DNA of 64,000 nt from Felis catus (Eukaryota), in assembly GCF_018350175.1 (NCBI RefSeq), contig NC_058368.1, positions 155,808,001-155,872,000 on the forward strand, given 5' to 3'. Positions 63,263-64,000 of the stretch are shown here, in pieces; position 1 is the first letter of the stretch, and the number at the start of each line of letters is the position of its first letter. The translations under genes were made by a program, and so were the position numbers. The notes under the pieces are model-generated. The model searched no databases. It had not been told where the DNA came from and saw only the letters and a list, made by a program, of their open reading frames with translations.

Positions 63263-63478
63263 GGGGTGCCTAGGTGGCTCAATCAGTTGAGCAACTGACT
63301 TCAGCTCAGGTCATGATCTTGCAGTTCGTGAATTTGAACCCCATGTTGGGCTTTGTGCTGACAGCTCAGAGTCTGGAGCCTACTTAGGATTCTGTGTCTC
63401 CCTCTCTCTCTGCCCCTTCCCTGCTCATTCCCTCCCTTCCTCTCTCTTTCTCTCTCTCAAAATAAATAAACATTTTTA
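63263..63478 (+). mobile_element. CanSINE (SINEC_Fc-like)
   Basis: ggggtgcctaggtggctc; gtgctgacagctcagag; decayed TSD aaagaatggctt/aaaaaatgggtt. Confidence 0.93.
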
Positions 63479-63604
63479 AAAAATGGGTTTATTACTACTT
63501 GAATGTCAAACCTTCCCATTCTACATAAATACATGTGAAGTCCCAACAGGAAAAATGCATCAAATCCCATAATAAAACTCAACAGAAATATCATACTGTC
63601 ATTT

Positions 63605-63950
63605 TATTTAGTATTCAGGTAAAATATATTACTGAGCACTGGTCCTGTGCCAGGCTCTCTGCTGGGCACCAGGAACAATGTTATAAACCAAATGAGCAGC
63701 CTCTGACTTCAATTAGCTTACAATTCAGAGAGAAAGAAGTATCTAAGAAAGATAGACATTAAACACAAGAAAAAACAAAATGTTCCATAAGTTATGACAG
63801 TAAATACTGGCATCTATGAGAATCTAACCTAATCCTGGATCAGAGAAGTTCTCACTAAAGAAGTTATTACCTGAAGGATGCCTAGCAGTTAGATGGACAA
63901 AAGGAGAAAGAAGTGTTTCATGCAAAAAAGAGAGGCCATATTAAGGCTGT
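63605..63950 (-). mobile_element. L2 3' remnant
   Basis: aaatatattactgagcactggtcctgtgccaggctctctgctgggcac...agcttacaattc...atctaaccta...tcagagaagttctc. Confidence 0.75.
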
Positions 63951-64000
63951 GAAAAAAAAAAAAAACAAACAAACTCCAAATAACTCATTAAGTTCATAAT

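Larger units (their letters stand above)
1..64000 (-). other. FAM172A: Internal part of the FAM172A/ARB2A transcription unit (two coding exons and flanking long introns); no gene start or end in the window
   Basis: Two spliceable in-frame exons at 30535-30600 and 25398-25589. No other FAM172A exon, CpG island or other gene recognised. That the whole window is intragenic is inferred from the exons being internal. Confidence 0.85.

Overview
AT-rich mammalian genomic DNA. The abundant tRNA-derived CanSINEs of the felid (SINEC_Fc-like) type point to a cat or close relative. The window appears to lie entirely inside FAM172A (ARB2A), transcribed on the minus strand. Only two coding exons are recognisable: 30535-30600 (66 nt, IITKYVYELLEKDCNLKKISIP) and 25398-25589 (192 nt, VDATES...IHGSG...KRAMD). 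Both are phase 0/0 with canonical AG/GT ends. The rest is intron: about 25 CanSINEs, old and carnivore-age L1 fragments, L2/MIR remnants, hAT and Tigger DNA-transposon relics, two solo LTRs, microsatellites and several repeat-free, motif-dense stretches that may be enhancers. Almost all ORFs in the supplied track are repeat-derived or spurious. I found no convincing new biological system. The best leads are hypotheses: a stop-free 258-nt back-splice circle, a competing NMD-inducing splice donor, repeated SINE insertion at one site, a three-segment inverted L1, a 5'-end-only L1 retrocopy, and a Tigger relic retaining its PIP-box-like C-terminus. Repeat family names come from recalled consensus sequences, not a database search, and old-repeat boundaries are approximate.
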